Of a stretch of DNA of 64,000 nucleotides, positions 1 to 20,674 are shown piece after piece; within the stretch, counting starts at the first letter, position 1; every line of letters begins with the position of its first letter. The DNA comes from the human T2T-CHM13v2.0 reference genome, Homo sapiens: NCBI RefSeq assembly GCF_009914755.1, contig NC_060927.1; one strand, given 5' to 3'. The notes under the pieces are model-generated. The model made no database searches. It saw only the letters and a list, made by a program, of their open reading frames with translations, and was not told the DNA's origin. The position numbers and the translations under genes were made by a program.

Positions 1-44
1 GCATTAGCGTGACTTAGCTCTGGCAACATCTAAGCCTGGTCGTT

Positions 45-150
45 TTAGTCTGGCTCTTTTAGTTGTGCAAAGGAGAGACACACTCAAGTTACTGTAAGAA
101 AAAGGGGGGTTGTTGTAAAGGTCTAGGGGGACTGGAAGTGGAACGTGGCA
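45..150. mobile_element. Old MaLR LTR (MLT1K/L/M/N-like) terminal fragment; further pieces at ~2500-2753 and ~3475-3620
   Basis: 'ttagtctggctcttttagttgtgcaaaggagagacacactcaag' resembles the MLT1 terminus; 'ttcaaattgctcagagaatctgatt' resembles its internal motif. Confidence 0.45.
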
Positions 151-360
151 GACACATAGAATATTATACAGTAACCTAAATTAAAATGACTTACAGTGAC
201 CTCAACAATACAGATGCATCTTGACAATGTTAACTGAAAAAATTAAGTCCCAAAAGATTACATACAGCATAATACTCTATTTGTAATGTTAAAAATAAAA
301 TTAAAAATAATTTTAGTGGTACATATATCTGCAATAAAATGATATAAAAAATAAGTCAGG

Positions 361-904
<544 letters not shown>

Positions 905-1024
905 TTACCTGGGTGGGGGTGGGGGCAGGCATGGGATTGGATGGGAGAAAACCATTTGGTTAAACATTGTTGTCTAGGTCCTAGCTTGGTAGGTTCACAG
1001 GTTCTCTATTAAAATAACTACCTA

Positions 1025-1339
1025 GGCCAGGCGCAGTGGCTTATACCTGTATTCCCAGCACTTTGGTAGGCCAAGGCGGGTGCATTGCTTTAGCTCAGGA
1101 GTTTGAGACCAGCCTGGGCAACACCGCGAAACCCCATCTCTACAAAAAATCCAAAAATTAGCTGGGCGTGGTGGCACATGCCTGTAAGTCCCAGCTACTT
1201 GGGAGGCTGACATGGTAGGATCACCTGAGTCCAGGAAGTTGAGGCTACAGTGATCTGTGTTGATACCACTACATTCCAGCCTGGGTGACAGAGTGAGACC
1301 CTGTCTCAAAAAAAAAAAAAACAAAAACAAAAAAAAAAC
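1025..1339 (+). mobile_element. AluJ-like
   Basis: Full dimer with J-type 'gagctcaggagtttgag' and 'cctgtctc', poly-A tail. Confidence 0.93.
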
Positions 1340-1739
1340 TTAAGTGATGGTTTTACAGTAGTGTGAATGTACTTAATGCCATACTGAACTAAACACTTCA
1401 AAATGGTTAAAGTGGTACATTTTGTATTATGTATATTTTACCACAAGTTTAAAAAATGTATAAGGAACATAACTGGGCAAATCAAAAAGAAAACAATACT
1501 GCTTAAGTAGCTAACAAATAAAGGTAGGCTGTACATAGACCACTGATGAGAATATATTTCAACCCAAGGATTTTATAAATGCGCCAGAAGTGTATTTTAA
1601 AAACAAAATAATCAAGGGGGTGACTGAGTGGAGGTAGCAAAGACACAAGATTGGCCCAGAGTTGATCGTTGTTGAAGCTGAGGATGGGTACAGAGGAGGG
1701 TGTTGAGGTAGCCCCTCAGTGGGGGATGGGGGGGGGTGA

Positions 1740-2461
<722 letters not shown>

Positions 2462-2756
2462 CTGTTTCATAGTAAAACATTGTAAAAAGGAAAATGAAAA
2501 AAAAGTGCAGAGTAGGAAGGACGCGTTGTGGCTGTGTTGTGCTCTCACCCATCGACTGCACAGCTTCTCAGTTTCCCTTTCGCTCTGTTTCTTTGTGCGT
2601 CCTCCCCAATCTAGTTCTTTCTCATCTCTCTGCCAAGGACTTTCCTCACAGCTTTGGCTCCCTTATTGCTATCTCTATTACCCCTTTTAGCTTTTGCCCC
2701 CATAGGTAACTGACTCCTTCCGTATCTTCATAGTTCAAATTGCTCAGAGAATCTGA

Positions 2757-3190
2757 TTCTTCTCTTTCTTCTTCCTGTTCTTCTTCCTCTTCCTCTTTTT
2801 CCTCTTCTTCCTCTTCCTCTTACACTTCCTCCTCCTGCCCCTCCTCCCCCTCCTCTTCTCCTCTCTCCTCTTCTCCTTCCTCTTCTCCTCCCTCCTTCTT
2901 CTCTTCCCTCCTCTTTTTCTCCCTCCTCCTTCTCCTCCTCCTTCTCCTCCCTCTCCTCCTTCTCCTTCTCCTCCCCCTCCTCCTTTTCTTCCTCCCTCTT
3001 CTCCTCCTTCTCCTTCTTCTCCTCCTCCTTTTTTTCTTCTCCTCCTCCTCCTTTTTTTCTTCTTCTCCTCCTCCTCTTCCTCCTCCTTCTTTTTCTTCTT
3101 CTTCTTCTTCTTCTTCTTCTTCTTCTTCTTTCCTCCTCCTCCTCCTCCTTCTCCTCCTCCTCCTCCTCCTCCTTCTTCTTCTTCTTCTCA
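2757..3190. repeat. ~430-bp polypyrimidine (CTT/CCT) tract including pure (TTC)12 at 3093-3128
   Basis: Almost exclusively C/T on the + strand. Confidence 0.97.
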
Positions 3191-3459
3191 TTCTGTCACC
3201 CAGGCTGGAGTGAAGTGGTACAATCTCAGCTCACTGCAGCCTTAACCTCCTAGGCTCAGGTGATTCTCCCACCTCAGCCTCCTGAGTAGCTGGGACTACA
3301 GGCATATACCACCATGCCCGGCTAACTTTTTGTATTTTTAGTAGCGATGGGGTTTCAGTGAGTTGCACAGGCTGGTCTTGAACTCCTGGGCTCAAGCGAT
3401 CATCCCACCTCAGCTTCTTAAAGTGCTGGGACTACAGGCGTAAGCCACCATGCCCAGCC
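3191..3459 (-). mobile_element. AluJ-like (its tail is the polypyrimidine tract)
   Basis: Reverse Alu body; TSD tgattcttctctttc (2754) / tgactcttccctttc (3460). Confidence 0.92.
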
Positions 3460-4239
3460 TGACTCTTCCCTTTCCACTAATCCATAGAAATGATTGCCGG
3501 CTGATCTCCCTGGAAGCCACACAGCCATGAGGGTCAGTGAAGTCAAGCACAGTCCAGTGATGAGAAACATGGTCCATGTGGGCGTGGGGTGGAATGGCTC
3601 TAAGATGGCCACAACCAATGACACGTGTGGAAGGGGCTAAGGAGTTCAGTTCATCAGTTAACAATTTCTTAAGGCTGTTCAATGGGTGAGTGTTATAAAA
3701 AAAGTTTTCCCTTCCACGCCAATTGCCAATAAGTAGTTTGTATTCCAGTTTGTCCTCCCATGTCATACTTCTAAGGGGCAAATAAGGGGAATATCAACAG
3801 CTGCCAATCTGAATTGCTCGTAGTACATATAGATGTCTACTGTTCCCCTCATTGCACTAACCTGGCTGTGGAAAATGTGTTTTTCTAGTCTATATCCCTT
3901 TGCTTATGATGTACTTTCATGAATCTCTCCTGTTTTCTTCTCTTCACTCCGACTTGTTCCACAAAAAGCACTGAGGAATCTGAAGATGTGGGTTCTAGTT
4001 CACACTCCTCTCTAGGTGACAAAGTGAGTCATTCTATACCTCTGCATATTCCAAGTCTTCCCCTCTGTGGGGAGCTGAGACCAGATCAAGTTAGGCAAAC
4101 AGGTTTCCTTTTGAGCACCTGCTCTGCCTGGAGCCCTCTTTTGAGAAGGGCTCTGGCAGCACAGTTGAGGCTTAGTGACAAAGTGTCGAGATTGATTATT
4201 AATGTATGCTATGGGCAGGGAATAAAAATGAGTGAACCT

Positions 4240-4555
<316 letters not shown>

Positions 4556-4744
4556 AATGAGTGAAGAGTGAACCAGATGTTTGCCATTTTTGGTGGAGGA
4601 GCGCTAAAAATCCCATCTAGTAATAACTTCTTTCTTTTCTCATAGTGTGAGAACAGGTGCATTTCTACTTTTCTGGGAACCAAAGAACTCAGTGGAAAAA
4701 CCAAATGATCTTATTTCAGGGAGAGAGGAAAGAATAAGAAATAA

Positions 4745-5005
4745 TCTAAAATAATAATAATAACTAATGTTTGAGGGGCACTCACTATGTTTCAGGCACC
4801 ACTCTAAGTGCTTTACAACAAGTACCGAATTTTGGCCTCATAACAATTCTATTGTAAGGTAGGAACTGTAGGCATCCTCCTTATGCACACAAAGAAACTG
4901 AAACATGCAGACATTAAATTACTTGTCCAAGGTCTTAAAGACAGTAAGAATGCAACTAGAATTAAACCCTGGTGGTCCAATTCCGGAGTCCACCTGCTTA
5001 TGCCC
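4745..5005 (-). mobile_element. MIR
   Basis: 'cactcactatgtttcaggcaccactctaagtgctttac...gaaactgaa...ttaaattacttgtccaaggtc' MIR core. Confidence 0.75.
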
Positions 5006-5014
5006 CTCACTCCT

Positions 5015-5166
5015 CAGGATTGCCTGCAGACTAATTGCATCCAGCATCCCCTGAGAGCCTGCTAGAAATGCAGGCTTGCAGGACCCACCCAGACCTGCTG
5101 AATTGGATCTGCATTTCAGCAAGCTTCCCAAGTGACTCATATTCACAGTGCACTGAGAAGCAACTG
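5015..5166. mobile_element. MER5A-type hAT-Charlie MITE
   Basis: 'agcatcccctgagagcctgctagaaatgcagg...cccacccagacctgctgaatt...ctgcattt...tgagaagcaactg'. Confidence 0.7.
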
Positions 5167-5180
5167 CTTGCTTACAGATG

Positions 5181-5804
<624 letters not shown>

Positions 5805-6263
5805 CCTGGCCTATTTCTTATAATCACATGTGAATCTGCAACTATTTCAAAAAAAAAGAAAGTGAAATTTTATGTAGGTTTTATTTTTCCTGCTTTTGTT
5901 GTTGAGGAAACAGAGCTTTGAAGAAGCTAAATAAGCAGCCCACTTGGTAATTCAACCTATGTATTGAGGCCCCACCTGCTGTGTGTAAGACACTGCTTTC
6001 CGCACTGAATTTCCAGCAGTGAACAAATCTTGCCCTCGTTGAGCTATCATTCTAGTGGGTACTCAGTTCAAACCCACATCTGGGTGCCAAGTCCTCTACT
6101 GCTCAGAAATATGGTCACAGATTCAGAGAGTAGTAAATAATAAAGCTACACAAGGTTCAAATATTTGCAAAATGTCTGTACAAGTATATATGAAAGCATT
6201 AACAGTGCTAGGTACACAGTAAGCACTCAATAAAAATTAATCCTCTTCCTTTCTTTCTTGCAG

Positions 6264-6334
6264 TTGCCTCAGAGCCTGGAAGGAAGCTCATCTCCACTGT
6301 GACCCAACTGGATGGGGTCCACGATGGGCCCATT
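6264..6334 (+). other. Candidate internal exon (71 nt)
   Basis: Acceptor tcctcttcctttctttcttgcag| and donor att|gtgagt in non-Alu sequence; no expression data. Confidence 0.4.
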
Positions 6335-6431
6335 GTGAGTAGCTGTGACCTGAGCTTCATGCCCCTCTGGCGATTAGTTGAAGAGCTGTGATTGAGGGCG
6401 ATGTTCCAAGGTCTGGAGATGGACCCTTTTA

Positions 6432-6848
<417 letters not shown>

Positions 6849-7225
6849 TTATGGCCAGAAGGATTGCTCAGACCCAGACATCTGAGTGGCATCTAACACT
6901 ATTCTAAAGATTGACTTTGTCCTCATGCAAGGAATTTTCCTTTAAATACTATAAGAACAATTCAACATGCAATATATTCTTGCTGTCTTTCCTATAAATA
7001 AATTTCACTGGGCTGGGACGGGAAATAAAAGCCTTTTTCAACACACTAAAAAATTGTTGCAGATGCTGGATTCAAGGCCAGTCAGAATTTGGCCGCTGCT
7101 GTCAGACAGAGAGTGGTTTGAATGAGGAAGCTTACCGAGAATGAATGTGTGTTTTCTTCTGTAGGTGGAATACAACAACACCCCAGAGTGAAATTCTTCC
7201 AACTGGGATTGCCCTGTTACCCTGT

Positions 7226-7504
7226 CTTTTTCTTTCTTTCTTTCTTTTTTTCTTTTCTTTCTTTCTTTTTTTTTTTTTTTTTTTTTTTTTATGAGACAGA
7301 GTCTCACTCCGTTGCCCAGGCTGGAGTCCAGTGGTGCCATCTCGGCTCACTGCAACCTCCACCTCCTGGTTCAAGCGATTCTCCTGCCTCAGCCTCCAAA
7401 GTAGCTGGGATTACAGGTGCATGCCACCACACCCGGCTAATTTTTGTATTTTTAGTAGAGACAGAGTTTCACCATGTTGCCCAAACTGGTCTCGAACTAC
7501 TGAC
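7226..7504 (-). mobile_element. AluS-like, 5' truncated
   Basis: Reverse Alu ending abruptly at 'ctcgaactactgac'. Confidence 0.9.
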
Positions 7505-7507
7505 TGC

Positions 7508-7565
7508 AAGGAAGGAAGGAAGGAAGGAGGGAGGGAAGGAGGGAAGGAAGGAGAAAGGAAGGACA
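7508..7565 (+). repeat. GGAA/GGGA-rich microsatellite
   Basis: (GGAA)4 then degenerate copies. Confidence 0.85.
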
Positions 7566-7764
7566 AGGTTATTGGGTGCCAAGTGTGTGCAGTGTTGAAC
7601 ATTCTCATTTAATGCAGTGTGATCCTATGAAGAAGATTGTCCCATTATGCAGATGAGAAAACAGGGGCTCAGAGAGGGTAGGACATTTGCACGGGCAGTG
7701 CAACACTAGGATGCAAACCAGCTGGTCCTACTTCTCATTGAACAATCTTTCAATAATACCACTA

Positions 7765-8500
<736 letters not shown>

Positions 8501-9048
8501 TTACAAAACCGCTTCCATTCTGAAGGGAAACGTTTCCTCCTGGTTTCCCATCTTCTCTGCACCACCACATGGAGCTGGAATTTGCTGGGGTTCGAATGTG
8601 AGCACCATGTTTACCAAAGGATGGGAAACCCCTGGCAAAGGAAAGTTGCTGATACGTTGGTATTGGACGGACCTGAGTTCAAACCTGGGTCCTACCTGCT
8701 CAAGCCTCTATTTCCTCACCTATATGATGGGGATGACTCCTACTTAGAAAAGTGTGTGTATGCGTTAGAACAGCCACATAATCAGTAAAAGTGGGTCCCA
8801 GGTCAAAGTCATGTGAGCCCCTACTGCATGTAGTGCTGCTGGATTACCCAGCAAGCAGGCTATGTCTGTATTTAGGGCACCGCAATGTACAAAATGATTT
8901 TTGAAATAATTTGATATATATAACTAAATGACCAGATTAGTCATCTTGGGTAAAATCAGATCTTGTTTAGACTATTTTATAGTTTAATATCCTTCTAAAT
9001 TACATATATAAGGAGACATCATCATCTTTCCAGGACATAGAAGCGTTA

Positions 9049-9375
<327 letters not shown>

Positions 9376-9591
9376 TTATTTCCAGGGTGGGAGAGAGGCT
9401 TTCCAAAGACTAGCAAGCTGATGCCCCATGGCAGTGGATAATGTCATTTCTAGATCTTTGAGGCTGCTACAAAAGCCACAGTGATGCCCAGTCCAGCTTC
9501 CACGTGTCTCCCCTGCCTGCCCCTCCTCTCCCCAGGGACTTTATGTGAATCCTGGGGTTGCACTGTGAGGGGTCTCAATCTAATTAGGGCA

Positions 9592-9880
9592 TTTTTTTTT
9601 TTTTTGAGATGGAGTCTCACTCTGTTGCTCAGGCTGAAGCACAATCTCGGCTCACTGCAACCGCTGCCTCCTGGGTTCAAGCAATTCTCATGCCTCAGCC
9701 TCCCAAGTAGCTGGTATTACAAGCATGCATCACCATGCCGGGCTAATTTTTGTATTTTTAGTGGAGGCGTGGTTTCGCCATGTTGCCCAGGCTGGTCTCA
9801 AACTCCTGACCTCAGGTGATCCTCCTGCCTTGACCTCCCAAGGTGCTGGGATTACAGGTGTGAGCCACCACACTTGGCCC
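9592..9880 (-). mobile_element. AluS-like
   Basis: Reverse dimer, TSD attagggca. Confidence 0.92.
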
Positions 9881-9892
9881 ATTAGGGCAATT

Positions 9893-10067
9893 CTTCTTCC
9901 TTCCTCCATGTCTCCCTTTCTTCCTTCCTCTATTTCTTCGTTCATCCTTTTGCTCTCTTCTTTCCCTTTTTCCTTCCTTCCTCCCTCCCTCCCTGCCTTC
10001 CTCCCTTTCTTCTTTCTTTCCTCCCTCCCTTTTTCCCTCTCTCTCCCTCCCTGCCTTCCTTCCTTCT
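9893..10067. repeat. CCTT/CCCT low-complexity tract (expanded L2 3' tail)
   Basis: Pyrimidine-rich run directly abutting the L2 3' end. Confidence 0.8.
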
Positions 10068-11090
<1,023 letters not shown>

Positions 11091-11206
11091 TTTACCCTTC
11101 TGCAGGGACCTGGCTGAGGCATAATGCTAGTAACAGCTATTCATCTGGAAGGCGGTGTTGCATGACTCAGCATCCAGGCCTTATAAGGAGTTTGGGGGTG
11201 TCCTGA

Positions 11207-11506
<300 letters not shown>

Positions 11507-11539
11507 GGGGGGTCCTGAGATTTTTAAATTTTCGTTTCC

Positions 11540-11895
11540 AAGTCCAAACAGGTATTCTGGAAGAACAAATGGCTCTCCTCCAAGTAGTGACTCAGGGACC
11601 CAAGATCCTTCTATCTTGTGCCTCTGCCAGCCTCTGGGGCCCCAGAGTTCATTGCATGACCCTCTTTAGCCAGCAAGCAGATGGAGAAAGAGCATGGAGA
11701 AGGCACACGTCCTTCCTCATTATGTGGGCCAGCACACAACACTTTATATTCCATTGGTGAGAACCAGTCACATGGCCTCACTGAATGAAGACGGGCTAGG
11801 AAATGTAGTTCCGGGGTGGGCAGCCACTTCCCATCACCGGCTCTGTGCAAAGAGAACCCGGGCCTTTGGTGGCCAGCTGGTCATCTCTGTCAGCA
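11540..11895. mobile_element. MLT1J/K-like MaLR LTR
   Basis: 'tgactcagggacccaag...ttccattggtgagaaccagtcacatggcc...ctaggaaatgtagtt'. Confidence 0.65.
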
Positions 11896-12319
11896 AACCT
11901 TCTGGGAGGAATGCGAGGCACCCGGGATGACAAGTTGGCTTTTGGCCTGAGAAGAGATGAAAGGTGATCCTTAACCAAAATGGGAAGCTGGGGGAGGAGT
12001 AGAATTATCCTTGGGGCAGAACCAAGAGTTCCATTTTGCACGTAGTGTGAGCTGTCTGAGAGACATCTGAAAGGAGACATTGGGAGGGAAACTGGATATA
12101 TGAAACGGGCACAGAGGTGGGGTCCAGACTGAAGACTTAAATGTGCATTTTCCCCTTCACCCAGTGGCTTCTGATCCTGACAGCTCCTCTTACAGTCATA
12201 TGGGCCCTTCACTGCCTTTGACCCTGAGTGCACTAATTACACTGGTGTAATTCACTCCTCTATTAGAAAGAATGTTTGTAATTCTCTTACTCACTAAATG
12301 ATAGCTCTATTACATGCAG

Positions 12320-13720
<1,401 letters not shown>

Positions 13721-14929
13721 GTTTTCTCCAACACCTTCATGTAACTGGAGAAGGGAGAAAAACAAACCTATTTCCTCGTGCAGAAATCTCTCCAAAGAGA
13801 GCAATGTACAATATCAGGAACTTCCTGTGTAGTTTCCAAAATGAAACACCTTCAAAGTGGAGGATTTGCAGCCCAAATAAGAAAGGGTAACCGTCTCATA
13901 ATGTGGAGTACAGAATACACCATCTCTCCTCGTGCAGCAGTTTTCTTCACAGTTAATTGCAGCCACATGTGCCCATGGAAAGGAAGCATTTTTAGCAAGT
14001 ACTATCAGAGACCTGGGCAGGCGCTTCCCATCCCTCATGCTCAGAGCAAAACCAATCATGTGATTAGCTCAGGAGGATGGGAATGTAACAGTGCTATAAT
14101 GATAAATACTCTGTTTTCTGAATTTCAATTCCAAAATCTGAGCAAGATGCCTTTTATTAGCTTGTTTTGATAAATGTCAGAAGCAGCAGGTTTAAATCAA
14201 GGAAGACACAGTTTCTCATGGTTTCTGTTAGGTTACCTTGGGCAGTTCCTCCTGATAGGCCCACTGTAGTGAGGGTCATGAAACAAAAATACCAAGGATG
14301 GCGTCTGGGTCTTTTATCGCTGCTCTTGATCACAGCGGGGCCTCAGCGCACCCTGCTTCAGCAATTACCACAAACGTGTGGGCAGGACTTCAGAGTGGCT
14401 GCTCGCCAGTTTATCTCATTTAATGCTGGCATCCCTGGGACTGGTCCCATTTTCTGTTCTATACAAGAGGGTATAGAGTGAATATTGGTGTGAGTTTGGC
14501 TCCCAAGTGTCTGGCCACTCTTCCTATTTAGGGGAAATTCTTCTGTAGACTTGGTCTACAGAAGCCAAAGGGAGCTGGATAATCCCTCCCTGGGGCTAAG
14601 ACACAGGCTCAGCCAACTGGATGCACCTGCCCAGGACCAGAACTCTTCAGGGGATGATTCGAAGGCTTGGTGGTGGCAACATCAAGAGTCCAGGAATGGC
14701 AGTGCCCAGGCTGCAGTGCAGGGAGAGTCAGGAGTCCGTCTGCACCAGATGGCTCCCGGGGCAGCCCTGGCCACCTTCTCTAGCTCCTGACCACTTTCTC
14801 GGACTGATTCTCCAGCCTTCCCATCTGTTCTTCAGCCACCCAACACCCAGCCAGTGGGCTCCGTTTCTGCTTACCTTAACCAGAGACCACTCCTGTTGTC
14901 TATAACCCAGAACCCTGGCTTAATCTTAA

Positions 14930-15352
<423 letters not shown>

Positions 15353-15682
15353 TAACTCAAATATGTATATCATCAAACTAAATATAAACTCCTTAGAGGC
15401 TTGTAGCTTTTAAGCAGCTATAAAACACAAACACATTTGCAGGCAAAACACAAGCAATACCACAAAGTCAGCAAAGTTGAAATTAACAATATTAACTTGA
15501 CATGACAGATGATACGATTTTGTGAAACTAAATAGCTGTTCCAAATGGAGATATGGAGCTGACTGGTCGCTGGGCTCCTGTGGTTTTCTTATTGCCATGG
15601 GCCGTTTGACAACGTAACTCTTCCACTTTTCTTCTCCATTCAAACCACTGTGCACACTTCATTCACACCACACGTTACTCAC

Positions 15683-15755
15683 AAATGAAAACTGCTGCTG
15701 CTCTTATGTCATTTAGCTAGGACAATTAAAATTGTTCCAGGTGGCCCCAATGCCA
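15683..15755 (-). other. Candidate non-coding exon (73 nt)
   Basis: Minus strand: branch-like tctaat, acceptor ctctgcttttgcctttgtgtttacag|, donor ttt|gtgagt; stops in all three frames. Confidence 0.45.
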
Positions 15756-15959
15756 CTGTAAACACAAAGGCAAAAGCAGAGCTTGAAATTAGATGAAAAG
15801 GTCGTTCAGATGAGCCACGACTTGAACATGTCCATTTTTAAAAGAACATCAAAAATATTAACTTTTTAAACATCTCATAGAAAACCATAAATTCCTAAGA
15901 GTACCTTTGTAAACTCCAGTTTCAGAAATCATGAGAAAGTAATTAGGAGCATAAGCCGT

Positions 15960-16160
15960 GGAGTTAAAAAAAGAAAATCCTGGTTTTGAATCCCAACTCA
16001 ACCCCTTTGCTCGTCTTAGAACCTTGAACAAGTTATTGAGTATCTCTGAGCCTTAATTTTCTTACCTGTGAAATGGAACAATAATACCCATCTTTTAGGA
16101 AAGTTGTATTAAACAAGATGATGTGTGTAACTGGTCAATACATGGTGCTAGTTATTGTTC
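15960..16160 (+). mobile_element. MIR
   Basis: 'cctggttttgaatccc...accttgaacaagttattgagtatctctgagccttaattttcttacctgtgaaatgg'. Confidence 0.8.
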
Positions 16161-16439
16161 CCGATGTCCTATTCAACTTTCAAATTGGCTAATGTTTTTG
16201 CCTGGTTCATACAGCCAGCTGGCCACAGAGACAGCGCTGGAACCAGAGCTCTAAGCCCTGGCCCTTAGGAGTACCCACCGACCTTTTAGGGCTGTGCTCA
16301 GAGGGAGTTGCTGTATCCGAGGGGTTTATACTCTGTAGACAATCACTCCATTCCTGGGTAATTCTGTGGATGATCCTCCCCAAAAAATGAATCCCACTTT
16401 CCCCTACTTGACAACTTCTGTCCATCCCCTATTCCTCAT

Positions 16440-16615
16440 ACCTGTGGTTCTCACAGTGGGGTTTCCTGACCAGCAGGAGACATGGCAGAAACGCAAATGC
16501 AGATTCTCAGGCCTCGTCCCACACATACTCAGTGGGTGGTGGCACCCAGCAGCCTGTGTTTCAGCAAACTCCCGCTTGACCCTGATGCAGGCTGAAGTTT
16601 GAGAATTACTGCATT
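16440..16615. mobile_element. MER5A-type MITE
   Basis: 'gtggttctcacagtg...aaatgcagattctcaggcc...aagtttgagaattactg'. Confidence 0.7.
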
Positions 16616-17039
16616 CTAGGACCAAGTCCAAGTTCTTAGCACAGCATCCAGTGCTGCCTGTTCTGGGCCCAGCCCACCTTTTGGCCCCTTCACCCATCAC
16701 TCCTGAAAGCACCTTCCACTCCAGCGACATTAGACTCTACTCTCTCATGTCTCCAACATGACAAGCCCTTTTGTGCCTCTATGCTTTGGTGTATGCAGGG
16801 CAGTTCCCTCTACTGGGCATTTCTTCAAAAGGTCTCCTTCTCTTTGAACCCTTCCCTGATTGCTTAAGGCTGAATCTGTGGCTCTCCAACTTTTCTGTCA
16901 CCTTCTATTACTACCACAGTTACCAGGCTGTACTGTCACCAGAGTTACATTCTTGCCTCCTCCCCTAGATGATAAGGTCCTCGTGTTTGCAGCAGCTAGT
17001 GACCAATCCATATCCACTCTCCCCTTGCCCTAATCAGAG

Positions 17040-17560
<521 letters not shown>

Positions 17561-18238
17561 CCCGGCTTCCAACAACGCAGTCTCAGGGGCAAGACTGTGT
17601 TTTATTCACTGCAGAATCCAGTGCCTGGCACAGAGCCTGACTCAGAGCAGATGCTTCACGCATGTTTTTGGAAGGAAGGAAAGAATGAATCCTTCCTTAT
17701 TATTTCTGTTACAAGAGGAATCAGAGCTCATGTATTGGGCCTAAAATTACTTTTTTGGAGACTCTGGAAAACCACATAAGGCAAAAAACAAAACAAAACA
17801 AAAAAAACACCCCAGATCTTTTACATTTTATTTTAAATTAAAATGTCATAGTTTTAACTTAGACCAGAATAATATTATCCCACCATTGGACAGAAAATAG
17901 GTGTTAAATGAAGACGCGTGTCATTACTGCTGAAAATCCCTCAATAGTTGCTCACAGCCCTTAAAATAAAGTCCCAAATCCCTAGTGTTTTCTGGCTTCT
18001 CACTGCTTTTTCTTTCTTTTTTTAAGTGGATATAATTGCAGATTCATAGGTGTTTATAACAGATGATACAGAGGGGTCCCATGTATCCTCTGTATCATTT
18101 GCCCCAATGGAAACATCTTGCACAACTCTGGTGCAACATCACAAGCAGGATATTGCCATTGACACAATCCACCAATCTTGGTTTTCCCCAGTTTTACTTG
18201 AATTCATGTATGTGTATATGCATATTTGTGCATGTGTG

Positions 18239-19812
<1,574 letters not shown>

Positions 19813-20297
19813 AGAGTGCATGTGTGTATTTAGTTCATGTGTGTAGGCCCATATATCCAATTCCACAGTCAAGACTCAGAACATTTCCATCACCACAAAA
19901 ATCCCTTGGGGTGTTCCTTTGTAACCCCACTCCCCTCCCCTCCCACTGTGCCCTCTCTCCTCATCCCAGACCCCTGACGACCACCAATCTGTTTTCCATT
20001 CCTAAATTGTTGCCATTTCAAAATGTTATATGAGTGGAATCATACAGTATGCAACCTTATAGGACTGGCTTCTTTAGCTTGGCCTAATTCCTTGAAGATT
20101 CATCCCAGTTGTTACATGCATCAGTAGGCCTTTCCTTTTGTCGCGGAGGAATCCTCCATGGGATGGAAGAACCACAGTTTGTTTAACCACTCACGTGCTC
20201 ACAGACACCGGCACCATTTCCACTTGCTGGCTGCTGCAAATCAAGCTGCTATGAACATTTGTGTATAAGCTTTTATGTGAACATGCCCATCGCTTGC

Positions 20298-20603
<306 letters not shown>

Positions 20604-20674
20604 ACCCAGTGCTTTTTGAACCCCTTCCTATGACTGGGGAGCTCTCTCCCTTATAAATGCTGCCTACTAAAGAC

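Noticed and set aside
908-945. G-rich run with G-quadruplex potential
   Set aside because: Short, lies in degraded L1 sequence, no supporting context.
2740-3213. Poly-Ser/Leu ORF and antisense poly-Arg/Glu ORF
   Set aside because: Stop-free only because the DNA is a C/T-only simple repeat.
3410-3781. 123-aa minus-strand ORF in partly non-Alu sequence
   Set aside because: No recognisable domain; non-ATG start; runs through probable MaLR sequence into an Alu.
4621-4662. Good plus-strand acceptor (tttcttttctcatag) with cag|gtgcat 11 nt later
   Set aside because: Donor is weak; insufficient support.
13778-14481. Adjacent 130-aa and 104-aa plus-strand ORFs
   Set aside because: Non-ATG starts, no recognisable homology; lengths compatible with chance.
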